NCBI GenBank assembly: GCA_035622635.1 | Contig: DASPUZ010000186.1 | Location: forward strand, 400-64,399 | Length of the DNA stretch: 64,000 bases | Reading direction: 5' to 3' | Source: a bacterium | Lineage (GTDB): Bacteria; Sysuimicrobiota; Sysuimicrobiia; Sysuimicrobiales; Segetimicrobiaceae | Shown: positions 47,229-56,957 of the stretch, piece after piece | How positions within the stretch are numbered: the stretch's first letter is position 1 | How the letters are laid out: each line of letters begins with the position of its first letter | Notes under the pieces: generated by a model | What the model saw: only the letters and a program-made list of their open reading frames with translations | Told to the model about the DNA's origin: nothing | Databases searched by the model: none | Program-made: the position numbers and the translations under genes

Positions 47229-48400
47229 TACGGGGGCACTAGATATGGTGGTCTAACTTGTATTCCACGATGCAGGGGGTTCTCCTGCCCGCTCCGATCC
47301 GCGGGTGCGGCTTCGGGCGTCGCCGGCTCTGCAGCCGGCACACCCGGACCTGGCGACGACGTCGCATGGTCCGTTGGCGACGCGTCCACCGGCATCACGA
47401 TGATGCTGCCTGGCACGCGCAGGTCCACGTACTGCGCCTGGATGCCACGCGCGCGCACCGCGGCGAGCACCCGCGAAACCATGGCCAGCCGGTCGGCCAG
47501 ACCGGCGGCGCCGCCGACCTCGACCAAAACTCCGTCGCGCATCTCGAGCACGATCTCGTTCTCGGGGTCAACGCGCACCGCAATGATCCCCGGCCGAAGA
47601 TCGGGGGGCAGGGTCGTGGCCACGGCCACCCCGAGCCGAACGCTTGGCGACGGCACGGGAACCCCGGCCTGCACCCATGGAAGCTGGAGGCGGTCCACCA
47701 CAAGCGGCAGGACGGCGCCAGGTCCCGGCGTGCGCGCAATCGCGACGCCGTCCGCGCCGAGCAGCACGTACCCGTCGCCGTACGCGAGGGCCGCGACGGG
47801 ATCTCGCTCGCGGACGGATACGGTGAGGCTGCGCGGAAATCCCAGAACGACGGAGGCGTCCGCAATGCGAGGATCCTGACGAAGGTGCGCGCGGATCGCC
47901 GCGGCGTTGACGCGGAAGACGCTGTCTCCGGGACCGACGCCGATCCGCTGGAGGAGCTCGCTGGCTGGCACGTTCGCATTGCCTCGGATGACGACCGTCT
48001 CGAGATTGAACAGCACCGATCCCGGGAAGGCGGCTGCCGCGCACAGGGCGCAGACGGCGGCGAGAAACCGAGCCAGTCGGAGCAGGTGCGGTGCTGTCCG
48101 GCTCTCCGCAGGAGCGGCACCGCCATCGCCGGACCGCGCCGGGCCCTCCGACGGCATCGGGAGCCGGCGGACGGATATGCTGAATCTGTGGAACCAGCCT
48201 CTGAGCCCACGGCGTGGGCCGGCACTGGAAGACTCCGAGGCGGCTGCGTCGGGGGTGACGACGCGAGCGGATGGATCGAATTCGTCAGACCGACCCCGCG
48301 GACGCTCCATCGCGACTGCGTCAGGGGTAACGGCGCGATCGGAGGAACGCTCGGAGTCGGCGTCCCGACCGGCCTGCCGCCCGCCATGCGGTGTCATCAT
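47228..48400 (-). CDS. ftsQ: cell-division protein FtsQ/DivIB with long disordered cytoplasmic N-tail
   Basis: TM helix (ARFLAAVCALCAAAAF), a POTRA domain (VVIRGNANVPASELL...) and an FtsQ beta domain. The ATG at 48400 overlaps the murB stop (ATGA). Confidence 0.8.
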   Translation of the reverse strand: MMTPHGGRQAGRDADSERSSDRAVTPDAVAMERPRGRSDEFDPSARVVTPDAAASESSSAGPRRGLRGWFHRFSISVRRLPMPSEGPARSGDGGAAPAESRTAPHLLRLARFLAAVCALCAAAAFPGSVLFNLETVVIRGNANVPASELLQRIGVGPGDSVFRVNAAAIRAHLRQDPRIADASVVLGFPRSLTVSVRERDPVAALAYGDGYVLLGADGVAIARTPGPGAVLPLVVDRLQLPWVQAGVPVPSPSVRLGVAVATTLPPDLRPGIIAVRVDPENEIVLEMRDGVLVEVGGAAGLADRLAMVSRVLAAVRARGIQAQYVDLRVPGSIIVMPVDASPTDHATSSPGPGVPAAEPATPEAAPADRSGQENPLHRGIQVRPPYLVPP

Positions 48401-49308
48401 CCGTCGAACCCCAACAGCTTGACCTCGGTTTCGAGCTCGACGCCGAACCGCTCGCGCACCCGGTTCCGGACAACCATGATGAGATCGAGCACGTGCGACG
48501 CGGTCGCGTGACCCGTGTTGAGGATGTAGTTGGCGTGGCGTTCGCTCACGACCGCGTCTCCGACCCGAAGCCCCTTGCCTCCGGCTGCGTCGATCATCCG
48601 CCCCGCGTGGTCCCCGACCGGATTTCGAAAAACGCAGCCGGAGCTCGGCGGGCCGAGCGGCTGCGTCTCGCTTCGGTACCGTAGCCATTCCTCAAGACGC
48701 GCAACGGTGACTTCCGGCCTCTCCTGTGCAAGTTCCAGTTCTGCATCGAGCACGACCACGGGTGCATGCTGCAGCCGGCTCTCACGGTAACCGTAAGCCA
48801 GTTCCTCGGCGAGCCACGCCCGCTCGCCTTCGGGCGACACGGCCCGGACGCTCCTGACGATCTCGGCCATACAGTGCCCGTGAGCTCCCGCGTTCATGAC
48901 GACGGCGCCCCCGACCGACCCGGGGATCCCTCCCGCGAACTCGAGCCCCGCGAGCCCGCGCAGCGATGCCTGACGGGCGAGGTACGGCAGGCTCACGCCG
49001 CACTCGGCGGTCACCTGAGGGCCATCGAAGCGGAGCCCATCCTGGCCGCGCCCGGTCTTCACGACCACGCCGCGCACGCCGCGATCGGCAACGAGCACGT
49101 TGCTTCCGCGGCCGAGCACGACGAACGGCTCGTGTGCACGGTACAGCCACGCGGCAACCTGTCTTAACTCGTCGAGAGTGCGCGGCAGGACCAGCACGTC
49201 CGCCGGACCGCCGATGCGGAACGAGACGTGGCGCGAGAGCAACTCGTCCCGGCGAACCGCCCCAGGACACAGACGCTCCAGTGCGGCGGCGGTCTGTGGA
49301 CTAGACAC
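48397..49308 (-). CDS. murB: UDP-N-acetylenolpyruvoylglucosamine reductase
   Basis: FAD-binding domain (SFRIGGPADVLV, LGRGSNVLV, GIPGSVGGAVVMNAGA) and C-terminal MurB motifs (SSGCVFRNP). GTG start at 49308. Confidence 0.95.
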   Translation of the reverse strand: MSSPQTAAALERLCPGAVRRDELLSRHVSFRIGGPADVLVLPRTLDELRQVAAWLYRAHEPFVVLGRGSNVLVADRGVRGVVVKTGRGQDGLRFDGPQVTAECGVSLPYLARQASLRGLAGLEFAGGIPGSVGGAVVMNAGAHGHCMAEIVRSVRAVSPEGERAWLAEELAYGYRESRLQHAPVVVLDAELELAQERPEVTVARLEEWLRYRSETQPLGPPSSGCVFRNPVGDHAGRMIDAAGGKGLRVGDAVVSERHANYILNTGHATASHVLDLIMVVRNRVRERFGVELETEVKLLGFDG

Positions 49309-50713
49309 CTGTACCTCCGGGCGCCTGTTGCCGCTCCATCGCGCGGCGCTTGAGGCGGACGACCAGTTCGTCTGCCACCCTCCAGATGTCGCCCGCGCCG
49401 ATCGTCAGCACGAGATCGCCGGGCCGAACGTCGGGTTCAAGCGCGGCGGCGACGCGCGCGGCATCGCCGATGAATCGCACCGGGCGGCGCCCGCCGATCG
49501 CGCGCGCGACGATGCCCGCATCGACACCCGGGATCGGCGCCTCATCCGCCGAATAGATGTCGGTGAGCACCACCTCGTCGGCACAGTCGAACGCCTGCCC
49601 GAACTGTTCGCCAACCGTCCGAGTGCGCGTGTACCGATGCGGCTGGAATACCGCGATGATCCGGGCGCCCGGCCAGCATTCACGCGCCGCCTGCAGCAGC
49701 GCCGCCACCTTGGTCGGGTTGTGGGCGTAGTCGTCCACCACTAGCACGCCGTCGACATCGCCTCGCACCGTGAACCGCCGCTGCACACCTCGAAACGAGG
49801 CGAGGGCGTCGGCGCACACCGGGAATGGTACGCCCACTTCGCTTCCCACCGCGAGCGCGCCCAGGGCGTTCTGGATGTTGTATCGGCCGGGGACCTCGAG
49901 CGTGACGCGGCCGAGCGTGGCGCCCGCGCGGTGGGCCTCGAACACGGTGCGTCGTCCCGCCATGTCGATGACGCGGGCCGTGTAGCACGCATCCGCTTCG
50001 AGCCCGTAGGACACGACCCTCGGGCGAACACGGCGCGCCAGGTCCCGGCCCGCCGGCGGATCCGTGCAGATGACGGCAAATCCGTCCCGGGGCAGCGTGT
50101 CGAGAAATGTCCCGAATGTCTGCACGAGCCGGGCCTCGGTGCCGTAGAAATCGAGGTGATCGGTTGCGTCGAGGCTCGTTACGACCGCGACCCTCGGGGT
50201 GATCCAAAGGAGCGAGCCGTCGCTCTCGTCCACCTCGGCGACCAGGTCCGTGCCAGCCCCGACGCGCGCGTTGCCGCCAAAGTCCTCGACCTCACCCCCG
50301 ATCAGCACCGTCGGATCGCGCCCCGCTCGCTCGAGCACCATCGCCGTCATCGATGTGGTCGTGGTCTTCCCGTGCGTTCCCACCACGGCGATGCCGCGCG
50401 CACCCTCCATCAGGGACGCGAGCATCTGCGCGCGGTGCATGATCGGCAGTCCCTGCGCGAGCGCCTGCTGGATCTCGACGTTTTCGTCGGGGACAGCGCG
50501 GCTGATCACGACCACCTGCCCCGCCGACACGTGCTCCGGCGCGTGGCCAATCTGGATGCACGCACCGGCTGCCCGCAGGCGCCGCGTCGCGTCGCTCTCC
50601 CGGAGATCGGAGCCCGACACGGGGTACCCGCGCGCCAACAGGACAGAGGCGATGGCGCTCATGCCGGCACCGCCGATGCCCACGAAGTGGACGCGGGTCC
50701 CCGGCGCGATCAT
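49301..50713 (-). CDS. murC: UDP-N-acetylmuramate--L-alanine ligase
   Basis: VHFVGIGGAGMSAIA, VVGTHGKTTTTSM and DDYAHNP. The ATG at 50713 overlaps the murG stop (ATGA); the track adds 114 junk codons. Confidence 0.95.
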   Translation of the reverse strand: MIAPGTRVHFVGIGGAGMSAIASVLLARGYPVSGSDLRESDATRRLRAAGACIQIGHAPEHVSAGQVVVISRAVPDENVEIQQALAQGLPIMHRAQMLASLMEGARGIAVVGTHGKTTTTSMTAMVLERAGRDPTVLIGGEVEDFGGNARVGAGTDLVAEVDESDGSLLWITPRVAVVTSLDATDHLDFYGTEARLVQTFGTFLDTLPRDGFAVICTDPPAGRDLARRVRPRVVSYGLEADACYTARVIDMAGRRTVFEAHRAGATLGRVTLEVPGRYNIQNALGALAVGSEVGVPFPVCADALASFRGVQRRFTVRGDVDGVLVVDDYAHNPTKVAALLQAARECWPGARIIAVFQPHRYTRTRTVGEQFGQAFDCADEVVLTDIYSADEAPIPGVDAGIVARAIGGRRPVRFIGDAARVAAALEPDVRPGDLVLTIGAGDIWRVADELVVRLKRRAMERQQAPGGTGV

Positions 50714-51834
50714 CCGCCGACCTCCGATGCAACCGGCTGGCGCACGAGGCTCGTTACGAGCGCCAGCACCCGCTCCGCCGCATCCGGATGTCCGAGGCCC
50801 TTCATGCTGGCGGCCATCCGCGCCAGGCGCCCGGGAAAGTCGAGCACGGAGACGATCTCCCGGGCCAGCGTCTCGCCGTCGAGCGATGCGTCCGGAATCA
50901 GGGACGCCGCTCCGGCTCGCACAAGCGGCTCCGCGTTCCGGGCCTGGTGATCCTCCGCGGCGTGCGGGTACGGAACGAGGATCGCGGGCAGTCCGGCCGT
51001 GGTGATCTCGGCGAGCGCTGCGGCGCCGCAGCGGCTCACGACCACGTCCGCGCATGCGTACGCGGCGCCGATACGGTCGATGTACGGTACGCGCACGTAT
51101 CTTGCCGCCCCCACGACGCGGTCCTCTCGCGCGCTCGCGGTCGACCCCGCCCAGCCGCCACCCACCTGGTGGAGGACCTGCACGTCCCGCCGCTCACGGA
51201 GAAGTCCCACGGCCTGCTCCACCGCAGCGTTCAACCGCGACGCTCCCTGGCTGCCCCCAAGCACGAGCACGGTGTACCGGCTTCCCGCCAGCCCAAATTC
51301 CCTCAGCCCGTCTGCGCGGCGGACCGCGCGCACCTCGGCGCGGACTGGGAGCCCGGTCACCACGACGCGGCGTGCCTGGACGTGCGGAACCGTGTCGTCC
51401 CATGCAACCGCCACGGCACGGCTCCACCGGGCGAGCACGCGATTGATCCGGCCTGGAAGCACGTTGCCCTCGAGGATCACCACCGGCACGTGGAAGAAGG
51501 CGCCGACGATGACGACAGGCGCCGCCGCAATGCCTCCCGTTGCAACGATCGCATGCGGACGGAATCCCCGGACGAGGACGGCAGCCTGCCAGAGACTCAC
51601 TGCTCCGGTCGCCAGCGCAGCCGCCGTGCGGGGCAACGACCGCCCGCGGGGTGGACGCACGGAGAGCCCGACGAACGGTACTCCGGCCGCGGGCACCAGC
51701 GATGCCTCCATGCCGGCGTGGCTGCCGGCGAACGTGACGTGGGCGCGGGGATCGCGACGCCGGATGGCCTCCGCCAGCGCCAGCGCCGGGTAGACGTGAC
51801 CGCCGGTTCCCCCACCGGTCAACAAGAGGTTCAT
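50710..51834 (-). CDS. murG: UDP-GlcNAc:lipid I N-acetylglucosaminyltransferase MurG
   Basis: LLLTGGGTGGHVYPALA and VLGGSQGA, GT28 fold. The ATG at 51834 overlaps the ftsW stop (ATGA). Confidence 0.95.
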   Translation of the reverse strand: MNLLLTGGGTGGHVYPALALAEAIRRRDPRAHVTFAGSHAGMEASLVPAAGVPFVGLSVRPPRGRSLPRTAAALATGAVSLWQAAVLVRGFRPHAIVATGGIAAAPVVIVGAFFHVPVVILEGNVLPGRINRVLARWSRAVAVAWDDTVPHVQARRVVVTGLPVRAEVRAVRRADGLREFGLAGSRYTVLVLGGSQGASRLNAAVEQAVGLLRERRDVQVLHQVGGGWAGSTASAREDRVVGAARYVRVPYIDRIGAAYACADVVVSRCGAAALAEITTAGLPAILVPYPHAAEDHQARNAEPLVRAGAASLIPDASLDGETLAREIVSVLDFPGRLARMAASMKGLGHPDAAERVLALVTSLVRQPVASEVGG

Positions 51835-53009
51835 CCGCGGGCCCAAGCGGACCGGTGCTTGGCCGGGGCTCGGGAGTCCGGCGGACGCTCCACGACCCGC
51901 TCTTCCTCGTGCGCGTACTGCGAGATGTTCAACAGGATCCCGACGGCGATGTAACTCAGGACGAGCGACGACCCGCCGAAGCTGATGAAGGGCAGCGGGA
52001 CCCCCGTAATCGGGAGCAACCCCGACACGACGCCGATGTTGACGACGGCCTGTCCCACGATCATCGTCGTGAGGCCGGAGGTCAGCAACGCGCTGTAGCG
52101 ATCGGGGGCGCGCGAGGCGATCCGGTACCCCCACACTGCGAGAAGCAGGAACAGCGTGATCACCGCGGCGGTGCCGACGAGGCCGAGTTCCTCGCCAATG
52201 ATCGAGAAGATGAAATCTGTGTGACGCTCCGGCAGGTAGAAGAACTTCTGTCGGCTGTGTCCGAGCCCGAGGCCGAACACGCTCCCGGACCCGAGTGCGA
52301 GCAGCGACTGGATGATGTGGAATCCCGCGCCGCGGGGATCCTTCCACGGATCGAGGAACGCAAAGAACCGATGCGCGCGGTATCCGGCGTGCATAATCAC
52401 GGCCATGACCACGCCCGAGGCGACGGCACCGGCCACGGCGAGGTGGGCGACGCGCGCGCCGCCGATGAACAACAGCACGAACGTGATGAGCGCGAGAATC
52501 AACGCGGAGCCGAGATCGGGCTGCTTGACGATCGGCACCGCGAGCACTGCCAGCACAATCAGCGGAGGCAGCATCCCCGCGCCGAACTCTCGCGTGCGCT
52601 CGCCGCGGTTGGCGAGGAAGTTGGCGAGGTACAGGATGATCGCGAGCTTGGCAAGTTCCGCGGGCTGGAAGTTGAGCGGCCCGCCGAACGCGAGCCAGCG
52701 ACGCGCTCCCCCCGCTTCACGGCCGATGTGGGGCGCAAGGACGAGCAGGAGCGAGATGCATGTGAAGCCCAAAAGCGGCAGAGTCGCCAGCCGCAGCTTC
52801 GCGTAGTGCAGCCGCCATGCGACGGACATCCCCGCGAGGCCGATGCCCGTGTACAGAAGCTGGCGCTTGAGGAACCAGGCACTGTCATGGTACTGCGCCT
52901 GCGCCACGACCGCGCTCGCGCTGTAGACCATCACGACGCCGGTGCCTGCCAGGACCAGCACGGTCACGAACAACTCCCATGCGGCCCCGCGCTTGTGGAT
53001 CAGGTCCAT
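51831..53009 (-). CDS. ftsW: SEDS-family lipid II flippase/peptidoglycan polymerase FtsW
   Basis: FtsW/RodA/SpoVE family (QPAELAK, DFIFSIIGEELG, LPITGVPLPFISFGGSS) within the dcw cluster. Confidence 0.9.
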   Translation of the reverse strand: MDLIHKRGAAWELFVTVLVLAGTGVVMVYSASAVVAQAQYHDSAWFLKRQLLYTGIGLAGMSVAWRLHYAKLRLATLPLLGFTCISLLLVLAPHIGREAGGARRWLAFGGPLNFQPAELAKLAIILYLANFLANRGERTREFGAGMLPPLIVLAVLAVPIVKQPDLGSALILALITFVLLFIGGARVAHLAVAGAVASGVVMAVIMHAGYRAHRFFAFLDPWKDPRGAGFHIIQSLLALGSGSVFGLGLGHSRQKFFYLPERHTDFIFSIIGEELGLVGTAAVITLFLLLAVWGYRIASRAPDRYSALLTSGLTTMIVGQAVVNIGVVSGLLPITGVPLPFISFGGSSLVLSYIAVGILLNISQYAHEEERVVERPPDSRAPAKHRSAWARG

Positions 53010-54547
53010 GGCTCGTCCACCCGATGCCCCCGAGGGGTCTCAGACGCGAGTGTCATCCGAGATGCCGCGCGGGGTTCCCCCGCTCCGGGAGCCGCGCCTC
53101 GCTGCAGCACGGCGACCAACTCGCAGAAACGTTCGGCTCGGTGGCGGTAGTCGCGAAACTGGTCGAAGCTTTCGCATGCCGGCGACAGGCTGACAACATC
53201 CCCAGGTCTCGCCAATGCATGCGCGGCAGCCACCGCCTCGTCGAGCGTCTCGCATCGAACGACTCGAACATCACCCCCGGTCTCGCTGATCGCCTCCTCG
53301 ATCCGGGGTCCCATCGCGCCGAACACCACCACCGCACGAGGCGGGCGACGCCGCAGGGCGTCGGCGACCGGGCGGAAATCGCGCGCGGTCGCTCCCGGCC
53401 GCTGGCCTCCGGCGAGCAGGACGAGCGGCCGGTCAAACGCCAGCACGGCCGCCGCCGCCGCCGCCGGGTTGGTGGCCAGCGAGTCTTCGTAATACCGCAC
53501 CCCTTCGATCTCCGCCACGAGCCTCAGGCGGTAGGGCAGTCCGCGAAATCGTCGCAGCACGGTCCCGATCGCCGCGGGGGACGCACCGGCGACCCGCGCG
53601 GCCAGCGCCGATGCGAGCGCATTCTCGAGCGCGTGTGCCCCGGGAACCGGAAGATCGGCCGGACCGACTTGCTCGTCCCTTCCGTCGAGCCGGAGTACGA
53701 TCTGGCCGTCCACGACACAGCCGCCCTCGTCGAGTGTCCGGAGCCTGCTCCACAACAGGGTCCGCGCCGGGGCGCCGCGTGCAAGCGCGCACGTCGTCGG
53801 GTCGTCGCCGTTGAGGATCGCCCGATCGTGTGCCCGTTGATGCGCCAGGATCCCGCGCTTCGTCTCCACGTAAGCTTCGAACGAGCCGTGATCGTCCAGA
53901 TGATGAGGGGCCAGGTTCGTGATCACGGCGATCTGCGGGCTATACGGCAGTCCGACGAGCTGGCGGTTGCTGATCTCCAGCACGAGGATCGAATCGGGCG
54001 TCACCTCGTGAAGCCGGTAGAGAATCGGCACGTGGGTGCGATCGTTACCGCTGACGAACACCCGGCGACCGCTCTCCTCGAGCATCGCGGCGGCGAGGTG
54101 CACGACCGTGAACTTGCCGTTCGTGCCGGTCACCCCGAGAATCGGGCAGGGGACCGTCTCGAAGAACAGCGCGGTCATGCTGCTGAGCGGCACGCCCGCC
54201 TCCCGGGCCTGTCTGACCGGCGCGTTCTCGGGATACCGAAACCACGCCTGCGTGGTGTAGATGAGATCCGCGCGGTCCATCCCCTCCAGGTACCGGTCGC
54301 GAAACCGCAACGCGATGGGCGCGGCCAGCAGGCGTGCGAGCGCCGCTTCCCGCTCCGCCGGCGCCAGCCACTCATGCGTCCGGCGGAAGGCCTCCGGGAA
54401 TGTCTCTCGGGTCTGCAGGTCGTGCGCCGTGATGTTCGTGAGCCCACATCGGAGGAGGAACTCGACAACCGCGGACCCCTCGGTGCCGGACAACCCCACG
54501 ACGTGGATCGCCCTGCCGCGCAGACGGCGCACGACGTCGGGGATCAC
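53000..54547 (-). CDS. murD: UDP-N-acetylmuramoylalanine--D-glutamate ligase (MurD), atypically long N-domain
   Basis: Mur ligase core (GVTGTNGKFTV, NLAPHHLD, central and C-terminal domains, SPACESFDQFRDY) in the murD slot between mraY and ftsW. The GTG at 54547 overlaps the mraY stop (GTGA). About 515 aa. Confidence 0.85.
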   Translation of the reverse strand: MIPDVVRRLRGRAIHVVGLSGTEGSAVVEFLLRCGLTNITAHDLQTRETFPEAFRRTHEWLAPAEREAALARLLAAPIALRFRDRYLEGMDRADLIYTTQAWFRYPENAPVRQAREAGVPLSSMTALFFETVPCPILGVTGTNGKFTVVHLAAAMLEESGRRVFVSGNDRTHVPILYRLHEVTPDSILVLEISNRQLVGLPYSPQIAVITNLAPHHLDDHGSFEAYVETKRGILAHQRAHDRAILNGDDPTTCALARGAPARTLLWSRLRTLDEGGCVVDGQIVLRLDGRDEQVGPADLPVPGAHALENALASALAARVAGASPAAIGTVLRRFRGLPYRLRLVAEIEGVRYYEDSLATNPAAAAAAVLAFDRPLVLLAGGQRPGATARDFRPVADALRRRPPRAVVVFGAMGPRIEEAISETGGDVRVVRCETLDEAVAAAHALARPGDVVSLSPACESFDQFRDYRHRAERFCELVAVLQRGAAPGAGEPRAASRMTLASETPRGHRVDEPWT

Positions 54548-55518
54548 GGGGCGAGCCCCATCCCGAGCGCGGCCAGCAGGACGCCGCAAATCCAGAACCG
54601 GACCACGGTCTGGGTCTCCGACCAGCCGATCAGCTCGCAGTGATGGTGCAGCGGGCTCATGCGGAATAGACGCCGGCCGCCCGTGATGCGGAAATACACG
54701 ACCTGGAGGATCACGGACAACGCCTCGACGACGAACAGCCCGCCGACGATCAGCATCGGGATCTCCAGCTTGGCCAGAATGCCGGTGACGGCGAGCGCTG
54801 CCCCGAGTCCCTGCGACCCGACATCGCCCATGAACACGCGCGCGGGGTGAGCATTGAACCACAGGAATCCCAGCGACGCGCCGGCGACCGCCCCTGCGAT
54901 CACACCGATCGGAGCGGCCCCCACGCGAGCGGCCATCACCACGAGCGCGGTGGCCGCAATGGCAACTCCGCCCGCTGCCAGGCCGTCAAGACCGTCTGCC
55001 AGGTTGACCGCGTTCGCCATCCCCACCACCAGCAGCACGCACAGCACCGGGTAGAACCAGCCCAGGTCCAGGTGCCAGGGTGTCCCAGGCAGCCCGACGG
55101 CGCTCCCGAGACGCGGGGTGCGCACCACGTACGCGCCGAGCAGCAGCGCCACGGGAATCTGAAGCGCCAGCTTCTCCCGTGCGCGAAGCCCGAGATTGCG
55201 TCCTCTCGCGATTCCCAATGCATCGTCCACGCCGCCGATCGCAGCGAAGATGACGATGACCGCGAGCCCGACCGCGACACTGCCGGAGAACCACCCGGCG
55301 GCGGCCGCCGCCACAACCGAGGCCGCAAGCGCCGCCCCGATGAGCAGCACACCCCCCATCGTCGGCGTGCCGGTCTTCTCCAAGTGGCGCCGCGGCGCGT
55401 CCTCGCGCACGATCTGCGCGAGGCCGGCCCGCTTGAGCCACGCCACGACCGGCGGACCGGCCCCAAGGGTGAGCGCAAGCGCGAGCGCCGACGCCGCCGC
55501 GGGCGGGGTCACGTCCAT
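54544..55518 (-). CDS. mraY: phospho-N-acetylmuramoyl-pentapeptide transferase
   Basis: KTGTPTMGG, NAVNLADGLDGLA, GDVGSQGLG and PLHHHCEL motifs with ten TM segments. Confidence 0.95.
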   Translation of the reverse strand: MDVTPPAAASALALALTLGAGPPVVAWLKRAGLAQIVREDAPRRHLEKTGTPTMGGVLLIGAALAASVVAAAAAGWFSGSVAVGLAVIVIFAAIGGVDDALGIARGRNLGLRAREKLALQIPVALLLGAYVVRTPRLGSAVGLPGTPWHLDLGWFYPVLCVLLVVGMANAVNLADGLDGLAAGGVAIAATALVVMAARVGAAPIGVIAGAVAGASLGFLWFNAHPARVFMGDVGSQGLGAALAVTGILAKLEIPMLIVGGLFVVEALSVILQVVYFRITGGRRLFRMSPLHHHCELIGWSETQTVVRFWICGVLLAALGMGLAP

Positions 55519-56957
55519 GCGAGACCCCGTTCGCGCACCGTCGAGTCACCGACACGCTCGTCCTCGATGCTCGTCACGATCCGCTCCATTTCGAGGGCGC
55601 GCGAGCCCTTGACCAGCAACACGGCACCGGGGCGCAGTTCGCGCCGAAGGATGCGCAAGACCTCGTCCGGCTCCAGCGTGTGCACCACTCGCACGCCACC
55701 CGCTTCGTCGGCCGCACCCGCGAGGTCTGCGGCCAGCGGGCCAAACGCGATCACGAGATCGAACCGTCTCCCCGCAGCGAGGCGCCCCACCCGCCGGTGC
55801 GCGTCGCGCGACGCCGCCCCGAGCTCCCGCATGTCGCCGAGCACTGCGATGCGCGGCGCGCCGGGAAGTTCGTCCATCACGTCGAGCGCAGCTTCGACCG
55901 ACCTAGGGCTGCTGTTGTATGTGTCGTCGACAAGGATGATCTCACCGATCCGCCGCACGGCCAGCCGCATCGGCAGCACCCGGGCGGCTCCGAGCGCCGC
56001 TGCGATCTCCGGGACCGGGACCCCGAGCGCAAAGCCCGCCGCCGCCGCCGCGAGCGCATTCATGACCGCGTGCCGCCCGGGGAGCGGGAGCACAACGTCG
56101 GCCTCGCCGCCCGGTGTGCGGAGACGAAACGCGCTTCCCTCCCCGGGAAGGGTTCGGGGTTCGCTCGCCGTGACGTCCCCCGCCCGCCAGCCAAATGTCA
56201 ACACACGGGCGGACGTTCGCCGGCGCATCGCGAACACCAGCGCATCGTCGGCGTTGAGAATCGCGACCCCGTCCGGCGGGAGCGTCTCGACCAGCACGCC
56301 CTTCTCCCTGGCAAGAGCTTCGGGGCCGTCGAAGAAATCCAGGTGAGATTCGCCCACATTGGTGACGACGCCGATCTCGGGACGTGAGACGCTCACCAAC
56401 TCGTGGATCTGGCCCGGACCTCGCATCGCCAACTCGACGACGGCGACCTCGGTACCGACGGGCATGTTCGCGAACACGAGAGGAATGCCGATCTCGTTGT
56501 TCCAGTTGCGCGGCGAGCGGGCGGTCCGGAACGACCGGCCGGCCACCTCGGCAATCAACTCCTTCGTCGACGTCTTGCCGACGCTGCCGGTGACGCCCAC
56601 GACCCGAAGCGCCTCGCGGTCCCGGACGGCCCGCGCCACGCAGTGCAGCGCGCGGAGCGTGTCCGGGACGACGACGACCACGGCACCCGAAGGCACGTCG
56701 GGCACGTCCGCCGACGCGAGCACGGCCACGGCACCCCGCCGACAGGCCTCGGCCGCGAAGCGATGTCCGTCCGTTCGCTGGCCTCGCAACGCGACGAAGA
56801 GCATGCCCGGCACCACCGCACGACTGTCCGCCGTCGTGCCGCGCACGCACGCCTCCGGATCGCCACGCGTCACCGTGCCGCCGCACAAAGCGGCGATGTC
56901 CCGAACGCCCAGCACGGCCGGCGCCAGGAGACGCTCCGGTCCCCTCGAGGATGTCAC
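55509..56957 (-). CDS. murF: UDP-N-acetylmuramoyl-tripeptide--D-alanyl-D-alanine ligase
   Basis: VGVTGSVGKTSTKE, Mur ligase middle and C domains, DDTYNSSP. The GTG start overlaps the murE stop (GTGA). Confidence 0.9.
   Translation of the reverse strand: MTSSRGPERLLAPAVLGVRDIAALCGGTVTRGDPEACVRGTTADSRAVVPGMLFVALRGQRTDGHRFAAEACRRGAVAVLASADVPDVPSGAVVVVVPDTLRALHCVARAVRDREALRVVGVTGSVGKTSTKELIAEVAGRSFRTARSPRNWNNEIGIPLVFANMPVGTEVAVVELAMRGPGQIHELVSVSRPEIGVVTNVGESHLDFFDGPEALAREKGVLVETLPPDGVAILNADDALVFAMRRRTSARVLTFGWRAGDVTASEPRTLPGEGSAFRLRTPGGEADVVLPLPGRHAVMNALAAAAAGFALGVPVPEIAAALGAARVLPMRLAVRRIGEIILVDDTYNSSPRSVEAALDVMDELPGAPRIAVLGDMRELGAASRDAHRRVGRLAAGRRFDLVIAFGPLAADLAGAADEAGGVRVVHTLEPDEVLRILRRELRPGAVLLVKGSRALEMERIVTSIEDERVGDSTVRERGLAWT

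Noticed and set aside
46071-47879. 602-aa plus-strand ORF antisense to ftsA/ftsQ.
   Set aside because: Same reasoning: it is a GC-driven open frame opposite conserved division genes.
50714-52347. Very long N-terminal extensions in the ORF track, for example murG as 545 aa and murC as 584 aa. The same applies to yggS (400 aa), rodA (542 aa), pknB (690 aa), ftsZ (404 aa), murD (620 aa), ftsQ (486 aa) and nrdJ (894 aa).
   Set aside because: The extensions read through the upstream gene in another frame and are R/G/P-rich. Family-typical N-termini begin at internal ATG or GTG codons that overlap the upstream stop (ATGA/GTGA) or follow a good RBS.
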